From NCBI GenBank assembly GCA_037481835.1, contig JBBFKW010000010.1:1-64000 (forward strand): a stretch of DNA of 64,000 nucleotides. Direction: 5' to 3'. Positions 28,762 to 38,965 of this stretch are shown piece by piece. Each line of letters begins with the position of its first letter. Position 1 is the first letter of the stretch. Both the position numbers and the translations under genes were made by a program. Below the pieces are notes generated by a model. The model did not search any database. It saw only the letters and a list, made by a program, of their open reading frames with translations, and was not told the origin of the DNA. Origin of the DNA: Desulfosoma sp. Its GTDB lineage: Bacteria; Desulfobacterota; Syntrophobacteria; Syntrophobacterales; DSM-9756.

Positions 28762-30476
28762 ACGAGTAGCATCTCCGAAATTTCTTTGCCCGCCGGCACC
28801 ATGGGATAAACGCCCTCTTCGGGATTGACCCAAAAATCCATCATCACGGGCCTTCGCGTGGAAAAGGCCTCGCGCAAGACCGGCTCCACTTCTTCGGGTT
28901 TCGTGGCCCGGAGCCCCACGGCGCCGTAGGCGTCGGCCAGTTTGACGAAATCCGGGGAGGCGTCCAAGCACGTGGCGCAGTAGTTCTTGTTGTAGAAAAG
29001 TTCCTGCCACTGGCGCACCATGCCCAGGAACCGGTTGTTCAAGATGGCGATTTTCACCGGCAGATCATGGCACACCGCCGTCATCATTTCCTGGATGTTC
29101 ATCTGGATGCTGCCGTCCCCGGCCACGTCGATCACCAGCCGATCGGGAAAGGCGGCCTGAGCGCCGATGGCCGCCGGAAGGCCGTAACCCATGGTGCCCA
29201 AACCTCCCGAGGTGAGCAGCGTGCGGGGTTTGGTGAAATGGAAGTACTGGGCGGTCCACATCTGGTTTTGGCCCACTTCCGTCGTGATAATGGCGTCTTC
29301 ACTGGCCAGTTCGAAAATTTTTTCCACCACGTACTGCGGCTTGATCCCGTCCCCTTCCTGCTTGTAGGCCAGCGGATAGGTTTCCCTCCACTGGCGGATC
29401 TGATCCAGCCATGGAAACCGCAGGTCGTCCAGGTTGTCGATGGGCTCCTTTTCCACAAGCTCATTGAGCCGCTGCAGGGCTTTTTTGCAATCCCCCACGA
29501 TGGGGATGTCCACCACGACATTCTTGCTGATGCTCGTCGGATCCACATCGATGTGGATGATTTTGGCCTTGGGGGCAAATCCCGAGATCTTGCCCGTGAC
29601 GCGGTCGTCGAACCGGGCCCCGATGGCAAAAAGGACGTCGCAGTTCTGGACGGCCATGTTGGCCCGAAACGTCCCGTGCATGCCGAGCATACCCAGCCAC
29701 AGCGGGTGCAGGACCCGCTCGCCGGTTTCCTTCTTGATGACGGCGGGAAAGCCTCCCAAGCCCATGAGTGTCGTTGTCACAGGGGCCTTGAGCCTTTCCG
29801 CAAGGCGCACCAATTCCTTGTGAGCGCTGGAGATGATGACGCCGCCTCCGGCGTAGAGCACAGGCCGTTTGGCGGTTTTGAGGAGCTCCCAGGCGCGATG
29901 GATCTGTCCCTGGTGGGGTTCCACCGTGGGCCGGTACCCGCGCAGGTGCACCGTCTTGGGATAGCGAAATTCCGTGGACGATTGGATCACGTCCTTGGGC
30001 AGGTCCACGAGAACCGGACCCGGCCGTCCCGTTCGCGCGAGATAAAAGGCTTCCCGAATGACGCGGGCCAGGTCGTTGACGTCTTTTACCAGGTAGTTGT
30101 GCTTGGTGCAGGGCCGCGTGATCCCCACAATGTCCACTTCCTGGAAGGCGTCGTTGCCGATGAGCGGCGTGGGCACCTGGCCGGTAAAGACGACCATGGG
30201 CACCGAATCCATGTAGGCCGTGGCGATCCCCGTGACCGTGTTCGTGGCCCCGGGGCCGGAAGTCACCAAGCACACCCCGACTTTTCCCGTGGCCCGAGCA
30301 TAGCCGTCGGCCATGTGCGCGGCCCCTTGTTCATGCCGCACCAGAATATGACGAATGGGATGGTTCGGCATCTCATGGTAGATGTCCAAAACCGCCCCGC
30401 CCGGAAAGCCGAAAATGACCTCCACACCTTCCTTTTTCAGGCATTCAAAAAAAATCTGGGCTCCTGTCAGTTTCAT
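28758..30476 (-). CDS. ilvB: Acetolactate synthase large subunit
   Basis: [22 protein letters not shown]...NN ThDP motif. Confidence 0.97.
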   Translation of the reverse strand: MKLTGAQIFFECLKKEGVEVIFGFPGGAVLDIYHEMPNHPIRHILVRHEQGAAHMADGYARATGKVGVCLVTSGPGATNTVTGIATAYMDSVPMVVFTGQVPTPLIGNDAFQEVDIVGITRPCTKHNYLVKDVNDLARVIREAFYLARTGRPGPVLVDLPKDVIQSSTEFRYPKTVHLRGYRPTVEPHQGQIHRAWELLKTAKRPVLYAGGGVIISSAHKELVRLAERLKAPVTTTLMGLGGFPAVIKKETGERVLHPLWLGMLGMHGTFRANMAVQNCDVLFAIGARFDDRVTGKISGFAPKAKIIHIDVDPTSISKNVVVDIPIVGDCKKALQRLNELVEKEPIDNLDDLRFPWLDQIRQWRETYPLAYKQEGDGIKPQYVVEKIFELASEDAIITTEVGQNQMWTAQYFHFTKPRTLLTSGGLGTMGYGLPAAIGAQAAFPDRLVIDVAGDGSIQMNIQEMMTAVCHDLPVKIAILNNRFLGMVRQWQELFYNKNYCATCLDASPDFVKLADAYGAVGLRATKPEEVEPVLREAFSTRRPVMMDFWVNPEEGVYPMVPAGKEISEMLLV

Positions 30477-30595
30477 GGGCTTCCTCAAAAGACTTCCAAG
30501 GCTCCGGCCGCCTTGGGAGGGCGCCGGGTCCCCGCCGAGGGTTTGATGGTAGCTAACTCATTTTGTTTCTTCGCCTTTCCTTTCGGTGAAGGGTC

Positions 30596-30624
30596 ACTTT
30601 AGAGAAATTGCCCCCGGGTGTCAA
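30596..30624 (-). promoter_or_regulatory. Sigma70 promoter of the ilv operon
   Basis: TTGACA-N17-TAAAGT on the minus strand. Confidence 0.65.
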
Positions 30625-30708
30625 CGACCGCGCATTGACAAAACGTCACCGGTGTAAGATTTTTAACTGCCCTGACGGCGCCAAAAGGATTCCTTGAAGG
30701 ATACGGTC

Positions 30709-31185
30709 ATGAAAGTGCAGCCTCATTGTTCGGTGACCCTGAGCTACACCTTGAAACCTGAGGATGACGACCCTTTTCCGTTTCCCACGGGGCCTTTTCG
30801 CATGGAATGCCTGGTGGGCCACGGCCGGCTTCTCCCGCCTCTGGAACAGGCCATCCTGAGCAAGGACGAAGGGGAGGAGGTGGAAGTGGTCTTGAAGCCG
30901 GGTGAGTTCGTGGAAGACGCCCCATGCGGGCGGATCGTCCCGGTGCCCGTGGAGGCCATTGCCGAGGGAGGGCCGCATCCCGAAGGATCCATCCGGCACG
31001 TGATGGATGAGGCGCGGCGTTTACAGCCCTTTCGCGTCATCAAACAGGACGGGGCCGTCGTGTGGGCGGATTTCAGCCATCCTTTTTCGGGGCGGTCCTT
31101 CCGTTTCCGGATCCGGGTGGAAAAAGTCCGTTGGGCCACGCTGGAAGAAATCAAAAACGCCGCGCACGGCGCTGCGCCCCATTGA
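30709..31185 (+). CDS. FKBP-type peptidyl-prolyl isomerase, SlyD-like (divergent)
   Basis: VTLSYTL, LVGHGRLLPPLEQA, DFSHPFSGRSFRFRIRVEKVRWAT..EI. Confidence 0.75.
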   Translation: MKVQPHCSVTLSYTLKPEDDDPFPFPTGPFRMECLVGHGRLLPPLEQAILSKDEGEEVEVVLKPGEFVEDAPCGRIVPVPVEAIAEGGPHPEGSIRHVMDEARRLQPFRVIKQDGAVVWADFSHPFSGRSFRFRIRVEKVRWATLEEIKNAAHGAAPH

Positions 31186-31197
31186 GGCCTGGAAAGC

Positions 31198-31848
31198 ATG
31201 TTCATGGAGTCGAAGAAGGATCGGAAATCTGTGGAGCAATCCCCCCTCAAGGACGCCCTCGGCGCCGTTGCCCGCTTCTTTTTCGAAATGGGCATGCTCA
31301 AGCGCACGGCCCGTTCGGGATTCCAGTTCTTGGGTTCCGGGAAAGAATCGGTCGCGGACCATTCCTTTCGCGTGGCCGTTATCGGCTACGCCCTCGCGCG
31401 GCTCACCGGCCATCCCGACCCCTACAGGGTCGTGTGCCTGTGCCTGTTCCACGACATGGCGGAAGCACGCACGGGGGACATGAACTACGTGAACAAGCAG
31501 TACGTGACGGTCCATGAGGCCAAGGCCGTGCGAGACCTCACCAGCCCCCTTCCCTTCGGGGACGAACTGCGCGCCTTCATGGAAGAATACCGCGAAGGGA
31601 CGTCGGAAGCCGCCCGATTGGCCCACGATGCCGACCAGCTGGACCTCTTGCTGGAACTCAAGCAGCAGAAGGATTTGGGCAACGCCTACGCCACCGACTG
31701 GATCCGGTACGCCGTGGAACGCCTTCAGACCCCCGTTGGCCAGCGCACCGCCCGGGTCATCTTGGAAACGGATTCCGCCGCCTGGTGGTTCGACGGCCAC
31801 GACGATTGGTGGGCCAAACCCCACCCCGACCCTGCGCCCGACCGGTAA
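31198..31848 (+). CDS. HD-domain hydrolase (YfbR-like)
   Basis: LKRTARSG, ESVADHSFR, LFHDMAEARTGD, HDADQLD. Confidence 0.9.
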   Translation: MFMESKKDRKSVEQSPLKDALGAVARFFFEMGMLKRTARSGFQFLGSGKESVADHSFRVAVIGYALARLTGHPDPYRVVCLCLFHDMAEARTGDMNYVNKQYVTVHEAKAVRDLTSPLPFGDELRAFMEEYREGTSEAARLAHDADQLDLLLELKQQKDLGNAYATDWIRYAVERLQTPVGQRTARVILETDSAAWWFDGHDDWWAKPHPDPAPDR

Positions 31849-31985
31849 ATCCGTTGGGTTTGTCTGGAACCGCCCCCCTGCGAACCCAAGATCGCCCCAA
31901 AAAATGTCGGTTTAGATGAACGTCGCGCTCAGAGTGGACAAGCCGGAACTTTCATCGTTCGTTGTCTCGCAGGAGCCCGACCCGG

Positions 31986-32078
31986 GTTGGGGTTCGCTTC
32001 GCTCACCCCAACCTACGAGTTTATTCAAGGATGTAGGCCGGCGAATGTCGGTTCGGATGAGCGCAGCGAACCCCGACA
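31986..32078. repeat. GTAG REP pair (one intact reverse copy, one degenerate forward copy)
   Basis: GTTGGGGTTCGCTTCGCTCACCCCAACCTAC at 31986-32016; GTAG...GATGAGCGCAGCGAACCCCGACA at 32033-32078. Confidence 0.8.
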
Positions 32079-32299
32079 CCAAAGCTTCCCCCGTTCCCCC
32101 ATGGGCCTTCATGGATGAGCCATGAGCCCATTGATCGCATCTCCTTTTCCCCGTGCCCGCCGGGCGTTCATGGGTTATGGGCAGTGGATCTGACCCGCGG
32201 CTCATTGGGGGGACGTCCATTGGACGTTCGGGGCTTTTTCGCAACGGTCGGCGCCGGAGGCGGTGTGTTGGTCGAGGAGGTTGTCCGAGAACACCCCTA

Positions 32300-32493
32300 A
32301 GCGTCACTCCCGCATTCCCGAACACCTTCAGATCCGCTTCGTCATCGCCCTTGGAAAGCCCGCGGAAACGGTGGTCCTGGAAGAGCTTCCTCCCAACGGC
32401 GACATCCGCTACTGGCGCGATGGCCTAGGCCGCCACCACGTGCCCAAGCGCTCCCTGACGGAGCTCATCGTGGATATGGCACAACATATTTGA
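32300..32493 (+). pseudogene. C-terminal remnant of a nitroreductase-family gene
   Basis: IPEHLQIRFVIALGKPAETVVLEE...DIRYWRDGLGRHHVPKRSLTELI without an intact N-terminus. Confidence 0.7.
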
Positions 32494-32559
32494 GAGGGAT
32501 ATTATGCTACGCTCGGTACGAAGTCCATCCACCGGTCAGGCCTTGGAAGGGGGAAGCGC

Positions 32560-32970
32560 GTGGATGTGGTGGATCGCATTGCCGAGGCCGTGAGACCCCT
32601 GGCGGAAAGGACGCCGGAGGTGACGGCGGTTTACGTCTTCGGGTCCACGGCCACCGGCCGGGCCACGGATAAGAGCGATGTGGATCTGGCCGTTTTGCTC
32701 CATCCCGACCCGGGACCGGACTTCGACCTGCTGGGCTTCGGGGTGGAGGCGGAGAAGGTCCTGGGGAAATCCGTGGACGTGGTGGTGCTCAACCGCGCCG
32801 GAGAGCACCTGAAATACCTGGTTCGCCGGGACGGGATCCTCATCTACGATCGGGATCCCCAGGCGCGCGGGCGGTTCGATAGGTGGAGCCGAAAGGCCTA
32901 CCAGGACTTTCTCCACTACCACCGGCGCTACGTCAAAAAGATGAAGGAGCAACTCCGCCGTGGTCGATGA
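32560..32970 (+). CDS. mntA: MntA-type nucleotidyltransferase antitoxin
   Basis: FGSTATGRATDKSDVD = GS-X10-DXD. Confidence 0.88.
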   Translation: MDVVDRIAEAVRPLAERTPEVTAVYVFGSTATGRATDKSDVDLAVLLHPDPGPDFDLLGFGVEAEKVLGKSVDVVVLNRAGEHLKYLVRRDGILIYDRDPQARGRFDRWSRKAYQDFLHYHRRYVKKMKEQLRRGR

Positions 32971-33400
32971 AGTCCTGATCCAGCGCATGTGTTCGGACAT
33001 CCGAACCAACGTGCAACTGCTCAAGGATGCGGTCGATATCACCTGGGACGTCTATTGCCGGGATCCCCGCTCCCGCAGGTTTGTGGAAAGAACGCTGCAC
33101 ATTCTTGTGGAGGCGTGCATCGATATCGCCCACCACATCATATCGGACGAGGGCTTCGAGGAACCGGGGTCGTGCAGCGAGGCGTTTCAAATTCTGGCCG
33201 ACCACGGCGTTCTGCCGAGGGATGAGGTGGCCGTTTATGAGCGAATGGCCCGATTTCGGAACCTCATTGTCCATTACTACGAAGAGGTCGACGATGCGGT
33301 GGTCTATGGGGTTTTCCGGAACCACCTGGAAGACTTCGAGCGCTACGTCAAGCACGTCTTGAACTTCGTGGAAACTGCACGATCAAGCCGGCATCGGTGA
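32960..33400 (+). CDS. hepT: HepT (DUF86) HEPN RNase toxin
   Basis: ER.L...EACIDIA and RNLIVHYY (RX4HXY); overlaps mntA. Confidence 0.9.
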   Translation: MVDEVLIQRMCSDIRTNVQLLKDAVDITWDVYCRDPRSRRFVERTLHILVEACIDIAHHIISDEGFEEPGSCSEAFQILADHGVLPRDEVAVYERMARFRNLIVHYYEEVDDAVVYGVFRNHLEDFERYVKHVLNFVETARSSRHR

Positions 33401-33406
33401 AAACGG

Positions 33407-33920
33407 ATAGGGGTAGGGACGGTGCATGGGTTTGCGCCGCTCCTCCGTCCGAACCGTGCGAGCGGATCTCCCGCACACGGCTCTCCGGTCGGGGGTTTTA
33501 CCTCATGAGGACTGGAGGAGAGCCCGATGAGCCTCTTCAAGGCCGTAGAGCCCATGGTCCCGAAAGAAACGATTGGGCGGGCGATTGCGGTCCCAGCCCC
33601 GACTGATCCCCCGGCGCTTGCTCCGCTTGCGAAGGATGGATCGCAAGCGGCGGCGAACCCGCCGTCAATGGCTGGAAAGGTCCAGTGGAGCACCATGGAA
33701 ATCCCGCCCTCATGGTAATGTCGATCGAGTGAAAGTAGACATTGGACGGCAAGGGGCTGATCACCGCCCCTCGAGGAGCCCCCGTTTCAGGACTCCCATG
33801 GGCCAGACCCTCCACGATGTCTTCCTTGAGGAAGGCCTCGACCAGGGCCAGAACCCCGCCATCTCCAATGGATGTGCGCACTTCGTCCATGAGCCGAGCA
33901 TGAGGGATGCTGTCGAATCG
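33407..33920 (-). mobile_element. Degenerate group II intron: RT/maturase fragments plus RNA domains V-VI
   Basis: Minus strand: FDSIPHARLM (RT3), GAPRGAVISPLPSNVYFHSID (RT4), RRRLRSILRKR...FFRDHGLY (X domain); DV GAGAGCCGTGTGCGGGAGATCCGCTCGCACGGTTCGG; DVI ending CCCTACCCTAT at 33407. Confidence 0.9.
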
Positions 33921-34069
33921 GAAAGAATCGAGTTCTCAGACAGCCTCCTAGGGCGGGCGAGACGCCTCCGCTCCCGGGATTAAGTCGTTCTCGGACAAGC
34001 TTTTGGTATGGGTTGCAGGGGTCTGAAGGCGGCAGAGCTCCAAGGCGGGTTCGGTGGGGGGAGGAGGTG

Positions 34070-34101
34070 TGTTGGGGTTCGCTTCGCTCACCCCAACCTA
34101 C
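34070..34101 (-). repeat. GTAG REP copy
   Basis: TGTTGGGGTTCGCTTCGCTCACCCCAACCTAC. Confidence 0.85.
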
Positions 34102-34156
34102 ATTTGTGGCAAAAGGTGGGAGGACATGTGTGGCGCTGTTGTTTTCTGAGGGAGCT

Positions 34157-34522
34157 TCAGGTCTTCTTCTTGGGTTTGCGGTCCAGAAGGGAAACCACCT
34201 TGGCGGGGGCCCCGCCGGAACCCTTGGGGGAGGGTGCCGCTTGGCCCTCGTTGGATTCCTCCTCTTCGCCGGGAGCCGCAACCTCCTCGGCCGGCGCTTC
34301 CACCTTGACCAGGCGCATGGGATGCCCGCCCATGGTGAATTCTTCGCCGTTGATGTAGGCTTCCCGCAAGATCCAGGTAACCGTAATCAGTGGAACCTGC
34401 AGGACGAGCATCTTGACCTGCAACCACTGCGGCTTGGGGTCCGGGGATATTTTTTCGATGCGAGCGAAAAATGCCGGCTTGCCTTCGATGTGCACCAAGA
34501 CGAGATCGCCTTCTTTCGTCAT
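34157..34522 (-). CDS. Hypothetical protein
   Basis: Protein-like ORF (EGDLVLVHIEGKPAFFARIE...YINGEEFTMGG) with AGGAG RBS; function unknown. Confidence 0.75.
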   Translation of the reverse strand: MTKEGDLVLVHIEGKPAFFARIEKISPDPKPQWLQVKMLVLQVPLITVTWILREAYINGEEFTMGGHPMRLVKVEAPAEEVAAPGEEEESNEGQAAPSPKGSGGAPAKVVSLLDRKPKKKT

Positions 34523-34554
34523 CTGTCTTGTTCGCTCCTTTTGAGCCCCCATTG

Positions 34555-35493
34555 TCATCCCGACAGGTTCTTGTCCGCGTGCGCCTGATCGATTCGGTCC
34601 GCCAGGCAGCGGATCTTTTCACCTGCACGGAGCCCCTCCACCCATTCCAGGGGGAGGGCCTCAAAGCCGTGGTGCGCCCCCAGCACCATGCCGACGAGGA
34701 GGCCTCGGCCCGCCGAGTCCCCCCCGGCCATGACGTTTTGGATAAGGCCTTCGCGCAGGTCTTCGGCGTATCTGGCAATGAGATGCGCGACGGACGGAAA
34801 GGCCCCGTCCACCGCACAGCTTTGCCCGAAGTCCAAAATCGCGGCCTCCGTTTCCATGGATGCGCTCTCCAGGCCGTGGCGCACCCAGGACACCAGGGAA
34901 TCCGGGAGGGGCATCTCGTGGAGCACCGATTGCAGGGCGTCCGCCGGATGCTTTCCCGAGAGAACTTCCAGGGTCACGCGGGAGAAATAAACCGCCGCTT
35001 CTATAACCATGGGGTCGTTGTGGGTCATGGCGGTCTGAGCCCGCGCGGCCGTGAGGCAGCCTTCGGGTTCGCCTCTGTAAGCGTAGAGGACGGGGGCTGC
35101 CCGTCCTGCGCCCGCGAGATCCGTGGAGGAAGAGCCCGAGGTCTCGGGGCCGTGGCCTTCGGCGAACCGCTGGAGCGTCGCCTTGGTGGCCTTGTCCACA
35201 TAACCCCGGTAATCCGTGAAAAGCCGGCGCCATCGCGAGGCGAAATCCGAAAGGTGGAAGCGCCCGCCGTTTTCGGCCAAGGATTCCAGGAGGACGAGCA
35301 TCTGATCGCCGTAATGGGTGAAATCTCCAGCCGCCTTGCCGGGATGGTAGGAATCCGGCGCCGGCGCAAGGTAATGGTCCACGCGTCCGAATCGTTTTCG
35401 GATCATCGCAGGATCATAAATCCAATGGGCCCCCAGGGCCAAAGCATCGGCGGCGAAAGCCGCCCAGAGCATTCCACGAGCCTTATCGTCCAT
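34555..35493 (-). CDS. ADP-ribosylglycohydrolase family protein
   Basis: AADALALGAHW, FTHYGDQ, MTHN, AGGDSAGRG. Confidence 0.88.
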   Translation of the reverse strand: MDDKARGMLWAAFAADALALGAHWIYDPAMIRKRFGRVDHYLAPAPDSYHPGKAAGDFTHYGDQMLVLLESLAENGGRFHLSDFASRWRRLFTDYRGYVDKATKATLQRFAEGHGPETSGSSSTDLAGAGRAAPVLYAYRGEPEGCLTAARAQTAMTHNDPMVIEAAVYFSRVTLEVLSGKHPADALQSVLHEMPLPDSLVSWVRHGLESASMETEAAILDFGQSCAVDGAFPSVAHLIARYAEDLREGLIQNVMAGGDSAGRGLLVGMVLGAHHGFEALPLEWVEGLRAGEKIRCLADRIDQAHADKNLSG

Positions 35494-35663
35494 GCCTCAT
35501 CCTCTCCGGGAACTTTTTTCCCGATCCGTTCCGGCCTTTCATCCTCGAACCGATGCCTTTCCCCCCCGATTCAGGGGATCCATAAAACCATCAAAGCATT
35601 TCGAGAGGCTCCAGGTCAATGGCGAAGCCGTGACGGTGAAACCCTTCGGGGCGGACCAATTTC

Positions 35664-37364
35664 TCAGGCGCCGTGCATGCTCAGGATTTGGCGGCAGCAC
35701 CGGTTGTGGTAGGTGACGTCCAAGCCGTAGCGGGACTGAAGGCCGTCGTCCATGAGAAAACGCGGTGTGGGCAGGTCTTGCACCACGCAGCCTTGGTGGA
35801 GCACCACGGTGCGGTCGGTGAGGGCCGAGACGAAGCAGATATCGTGGCTGATGAGAATGAGCGTCGTCGGTAAATCATCCAGGAGGCCCAGGAGGCGCTC
35901 TTCGTTTTCGGGATCCAGATTGGCCGTGGGTTCGTCCAGGATGAGCACCCGGGGTTCCATGGCGAGCACCGCCGCCAGGGACAGCCTCTTGCGTTCCCCG
36001 GCGCTCAGGTGATGAGGGACGCGTTCCGCCATGCCGTCCAAACCCACCCGTGACAAGGCTTCGTGGACTCGGCGGCTCAATTGCGGCTCCCTGAACCCCA
36101 GGTGTTTCAAGCCGAAGGCCACCTCGTCGAAGCAGCTGGCACAAACCATCTGGTCCATGGAATCCTGGAAAACAATCCCCACGGAACGCCAAAGCTCCTT
36201 GCGCATCCGCCCACGGACGGCTTCCCCCCCGAATCGATAAACACCGCGCCCTGTTCGAATGCCCACCAGCACCGAGGCCAAGGTGGATTTGCCCGCGCCG
36301 TTTTCCCCGAGCAGTGCGATGCGTTCCCCGTCTTCCATGTGCAAAGAAACCCTTCGAAGGCCCCATGTCCCGTCGGGATAGCGATAGGAATAGTCTTCCA
36401 AGGCGATGAGAGGAGACCGGGTTCGTTGCCGGATCCGATGGGACACCGGGTTTGCCTCCGGGCGCGCAGGGGGTTGGGCCCCATGGTCCGATGGGATCGA
36501 CTCCGTCCTCTGGAGGCGGGATTTTTCCCGAGGGATTTTGGAAACCGCTTCGGGGTCGGAATGGCCGTGGGAGGCGGCGCCGTGGGGTCCCGAGCAGCAG
36601 TGGAAGCGAAAGGTGAAATCCAGCCCATGTTCTCTCAGGGACGGCCGATGGGCGATGAGCGCTTGGAAGTCCGTGTCGTGGTGCACGGCGCCGCGGTGCA
36701 GCACCACGGCCCTATGGCACAGGCCATAGAGGAACATGAGGTCGTGGCTGATGCACAGGAGCGTCCCGGAAAACCGGTCCAAAACGTCCAGGAGTCTTTC
36801 CGCGTTTCTGGAATCCAGGTTGGCCGTGGGCTCATCGAGAATGAGAACGGACGGGCGGCGTGCGAGGATGGCGGCCAAAGCGGCCCGTTTCCGCTGGCCG
36901 TAACTCAGATGGTGGGGGGCCTTGGCTCCATGGGCGCCAAGGCCCACGAGGTCCAGCATCTCGGAGACGATGGCCGAGGCCTCCTCCGGGGAAGCCCCGT
37001 CGTTCAGCGGCCCGAAGACCACATCGTCCACAACGCGGTTGCAAAACAGGTGATCGTCCGGATCCTGAAAAAGAATGCCTACCTGTTTTCGAAGACCGCT
37101 CAGGGCTTCCTTGCCGATTGGGCGGCCGTCGAAAATCACCCGCCCGCGGGAGGGGCTGATCAGGCCGCAGAGGACCTTGGCCAAGGTGGTCTTGCCGGAT
37201 CCGTTTTGGCCGACGAGCGCGATCTTTTCCCCGTGAGCAATGCTCAAAGAGACGCCGCGCAGGGCTTCCTTGCCGTCGGGGTACGTGTAGGACACATCAT
37301 CGAGATGAAAGAGGACGGCTTGCGAAGGACTTCTCGCGGCAATCGGCGTCGCCTGCCAATGCAT
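35664..37364 (-). CDS. cbiO: ECF transporter ATPase with two ABC domains (CbiO-like)
   Basis: Two Walker A (GQNGSGKT, GENGAGKS), LSYGQ/LSAGE signatures, ILDEPTANLD x2. Confidence 0.9.
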   Translation of the reverse strand: MHWQATPIAARSPSQAVLFHLDDVSYTYPDGKEALRGVSLSIAHGEKIALVGQNGSGKTTLAKVLCGLISPSRGRVIFDGRPIGKEALSGLRKQVGILFQDPDDHLFCNRVVDDVVFGPLNDGASPEEASAIVSEMLDLVGLGAHGAKAPHHLSYGQRKRAALAAILARRPSVLILDEPTANLDSRNAERLLDVLDRFSGTLLCISHDLMFLYGLCHRAVVLHRGAVHHDTDFQALIAHRPSLREHGLDFTFRFHCCSGPHGAASHGHSDPEAVSKIPREKSRLQRTESIPSDHGAQPPARPEANPVSHRIRQRTRSPLIALEDYSYRYPDGTWGLRRVSLHMEDGERIALLGENGAGKSTLASVLVGIRTGRGVYRFGGEAVRGRMRKELWRSVGIVFQDSMDQMVCASCFDEVAFGLKHLGFREPQLSRRVHEALSRVGLDGMAERVPHHLSAGERKRLSLAAVLAMEPRVLILDEPTANLDPENEERLLGLLDDLPTTLILISHDICFVSALTDRTVVLHQGCVVQDLPTPRFLMDDGLQSRYGLDVTYHNRCCRQILSMHGA

Positions 37365-37376
37365 GAAAGACCTCTC

Positions 37377-38327
37377 TTAAAAGATGAAAAGCCGCTCCGA
37401 AACGGCCCCCTGCCACCGATCGAGGGCGAACAGGGCAAGGGCCGTCCCCACCCACAGGGAGGCCCAGACCCAATCCCGACGTGATGCGCAAAACCGCACG
37501 GTGGAGGGAAAGACCCCCGCATAACCCCGGCACAACATGGCTTCATAGACCCTCTGGGTCCTCTCCATGCTGCGCACGAAGAGCATCCCCAGGAAACAGC
37601 CCAGGTGCCCCAGAGTATCCCAGCCGCTTCGGCTGCGAAAGCCCCGCACCGTCATCCCCACCCACATGCGGTGCATCTCATGGCGAAACACGAACACGTA
37701 CCGATACATGAGCAGGATCATCTGGCACATGACAACGGGGACCCCGAGCCTTTGCACGGCGGCCATGGTCACCGAAAAGGGGGCCGTTTTCAGCAAGGGT
37801 TCCATGAGCACGGCGACGATGACGGCTTTGGCGCAAATGCGGGCGGCCAGGACGCCCCCCCGGGCATTGAACTGCACAAACGGGACGCCTTCAAGGACGA
37901 TCCGCCGGTCCCCTTCATGGAAGGGAACGGTCAAGGGCATGATGAGAAGAAGCATCAGGAGAAAGCCGCTCATGGCCGAAAGGCGCCGCGCCGCTGCTCT
38001 CAAGGGCGTTCCGGCGACGGCGAGGGATCCTGCGGCGACGGCCAAGCCCAGGCCCAGCCCGAACCCATGGTTCAAGGACACGACGATGAAGGAAAAAAAG
38101 ACGAGGGAGAGGATTTTGAACCGTGGGTCCCAGCGATGAAAAAAGGAGGAGCCGGAGCCGACGACATCCAGTTCCGGCACGGAAGCGTCGGCATCCGATG
38201 CGCCCGGATCCTCGGCGTCTGCGTTGCCATCTTTTTCGGAGCCGCCCAAAAACCAGGCCGATGCCACCGCCGCCGCCGCGCCCAAGGCCAGGGCCGCGGC
38301 CCACCAGGGGACCACGGTCACGTTCAC
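37377..38327 (-). CDS. cbiQ: ECF transmembrane component (CbiQ/NikQ)
   Basis: SFFHRWDPRFKI, YRYVFVF, RGF, YEAMLCRGY; GTGA overlap with cbiM. Confidence 0.88.
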   Translation of the reverse strand: MNVTVVPWWAAALALGAAAAVASAWFLGGSEKDGNADAEDPGASDADASVPELDVVGSGSSFFHRWDPRFKILSLVFFSFIVVSLNHGFGLGLGLAVAAGSLAVAGTPLRAAARRLSAMSGFLLMLLLIMPLTVPFHEGDRRIVLEGVPFVQFNARGGVLAARICAKAVIVAVLMEPLLKTAPFSVTMAAVQRLGVPVVMCQMILLMYRYVFVFRHEMHRMWVGMTVRGFRSRSGWDTLGHLGCFLGMLFVRSMERTQRVYEAMLCRGYAGVFPSTVRFCASRRDWVWASLWVGTALALFALDRWQGAVSERLFIF

Positions 38328-38941
38328 GCGCTGGGCCTCCTCACCGGGTTCCGGAGCAATTCGGGCTTCACCTTCTGGAGAAAGGAGACCACGAAGGCCG
38401 AAATCACCCCTTCGAGGACGAGCACCGGCGCGTGGGCGGCCACGGCGATCTTGGCAACCCCGAAAAAGTCTTCTCCGCCCGTGGCCAAGAGCCCGGCAAG
38501 GATCAAGGCGGCGAGCGCCACGGCCGCCGCCGAGGCCGAAGCGGCCGCCACGACCGTCCCGGTGGCGCTGTGAGCGCCCATGCGGCGAAACAGCCAGGCG
38601 GCAAACCATGCCGGCAGGCCCATCATGAGGCCGTTGGCGCCAAGGGCCGTGAGGCCCCCGAACTGGAAGAGGAAGGCTTGGAGGACCAGCCCCAGAAAGA
38701 TGGAGAGAAAGGCGCTCCAGCCCGTAAGGATTCCCACGAGCCCCGGAAGAAGCAGGTGCACGCTCGTGGGCCCCAGGGGCACGTGAATGAGGGAAGCGAC
38801 AAAAAAGGCGGAGGTCATGACGGCGATCTTGGGGAGGTCTTCCCCGTCCGTTTTCTTGATGCTGAGGGCAAGACAGAGGCCCGAGGCCGCAAAGGATCCC
38901 ACGGCCACCGCCGTGGGCAACACCCCGTCGGAAAGATGCAT
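38324..38941 (-). CDS. cbiM: Co/Ni ECF substrate component (CbiM/NikM)
   Basis: N-terminal MHLSDG metal-binding motif, SLIHVPLGPTSVHL, GGLTALGAN. Confidence 0.93.
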   Translation of the reverse strand: MHLSDGVLPTAVAVGSFAASGLCLALSIKKTDGEDLPKIAVMTSAFFVASLIHVPLGPTSVHLLLPGLVGILTGWSAFLSIFLGLVLQAFLFQFGGLTALGANGLMMGLPAWFAAWLFRRMGAHSATGTVVAAASASAAAVALAALILAGLLATGGEDFFGVAKIAVAAHAPVLVLEGVISAFVVSFLQKVKPELLRNPVRRPSA

Positions 38942-38965
38942 GATGCGAAACCCTTCCTCGTTGGG

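Noticed and set aside
30490..30595. ilv leader-peptide attenuator
   Set aside because: No Ile/Leu/Val-rich short ORF found in the leader.
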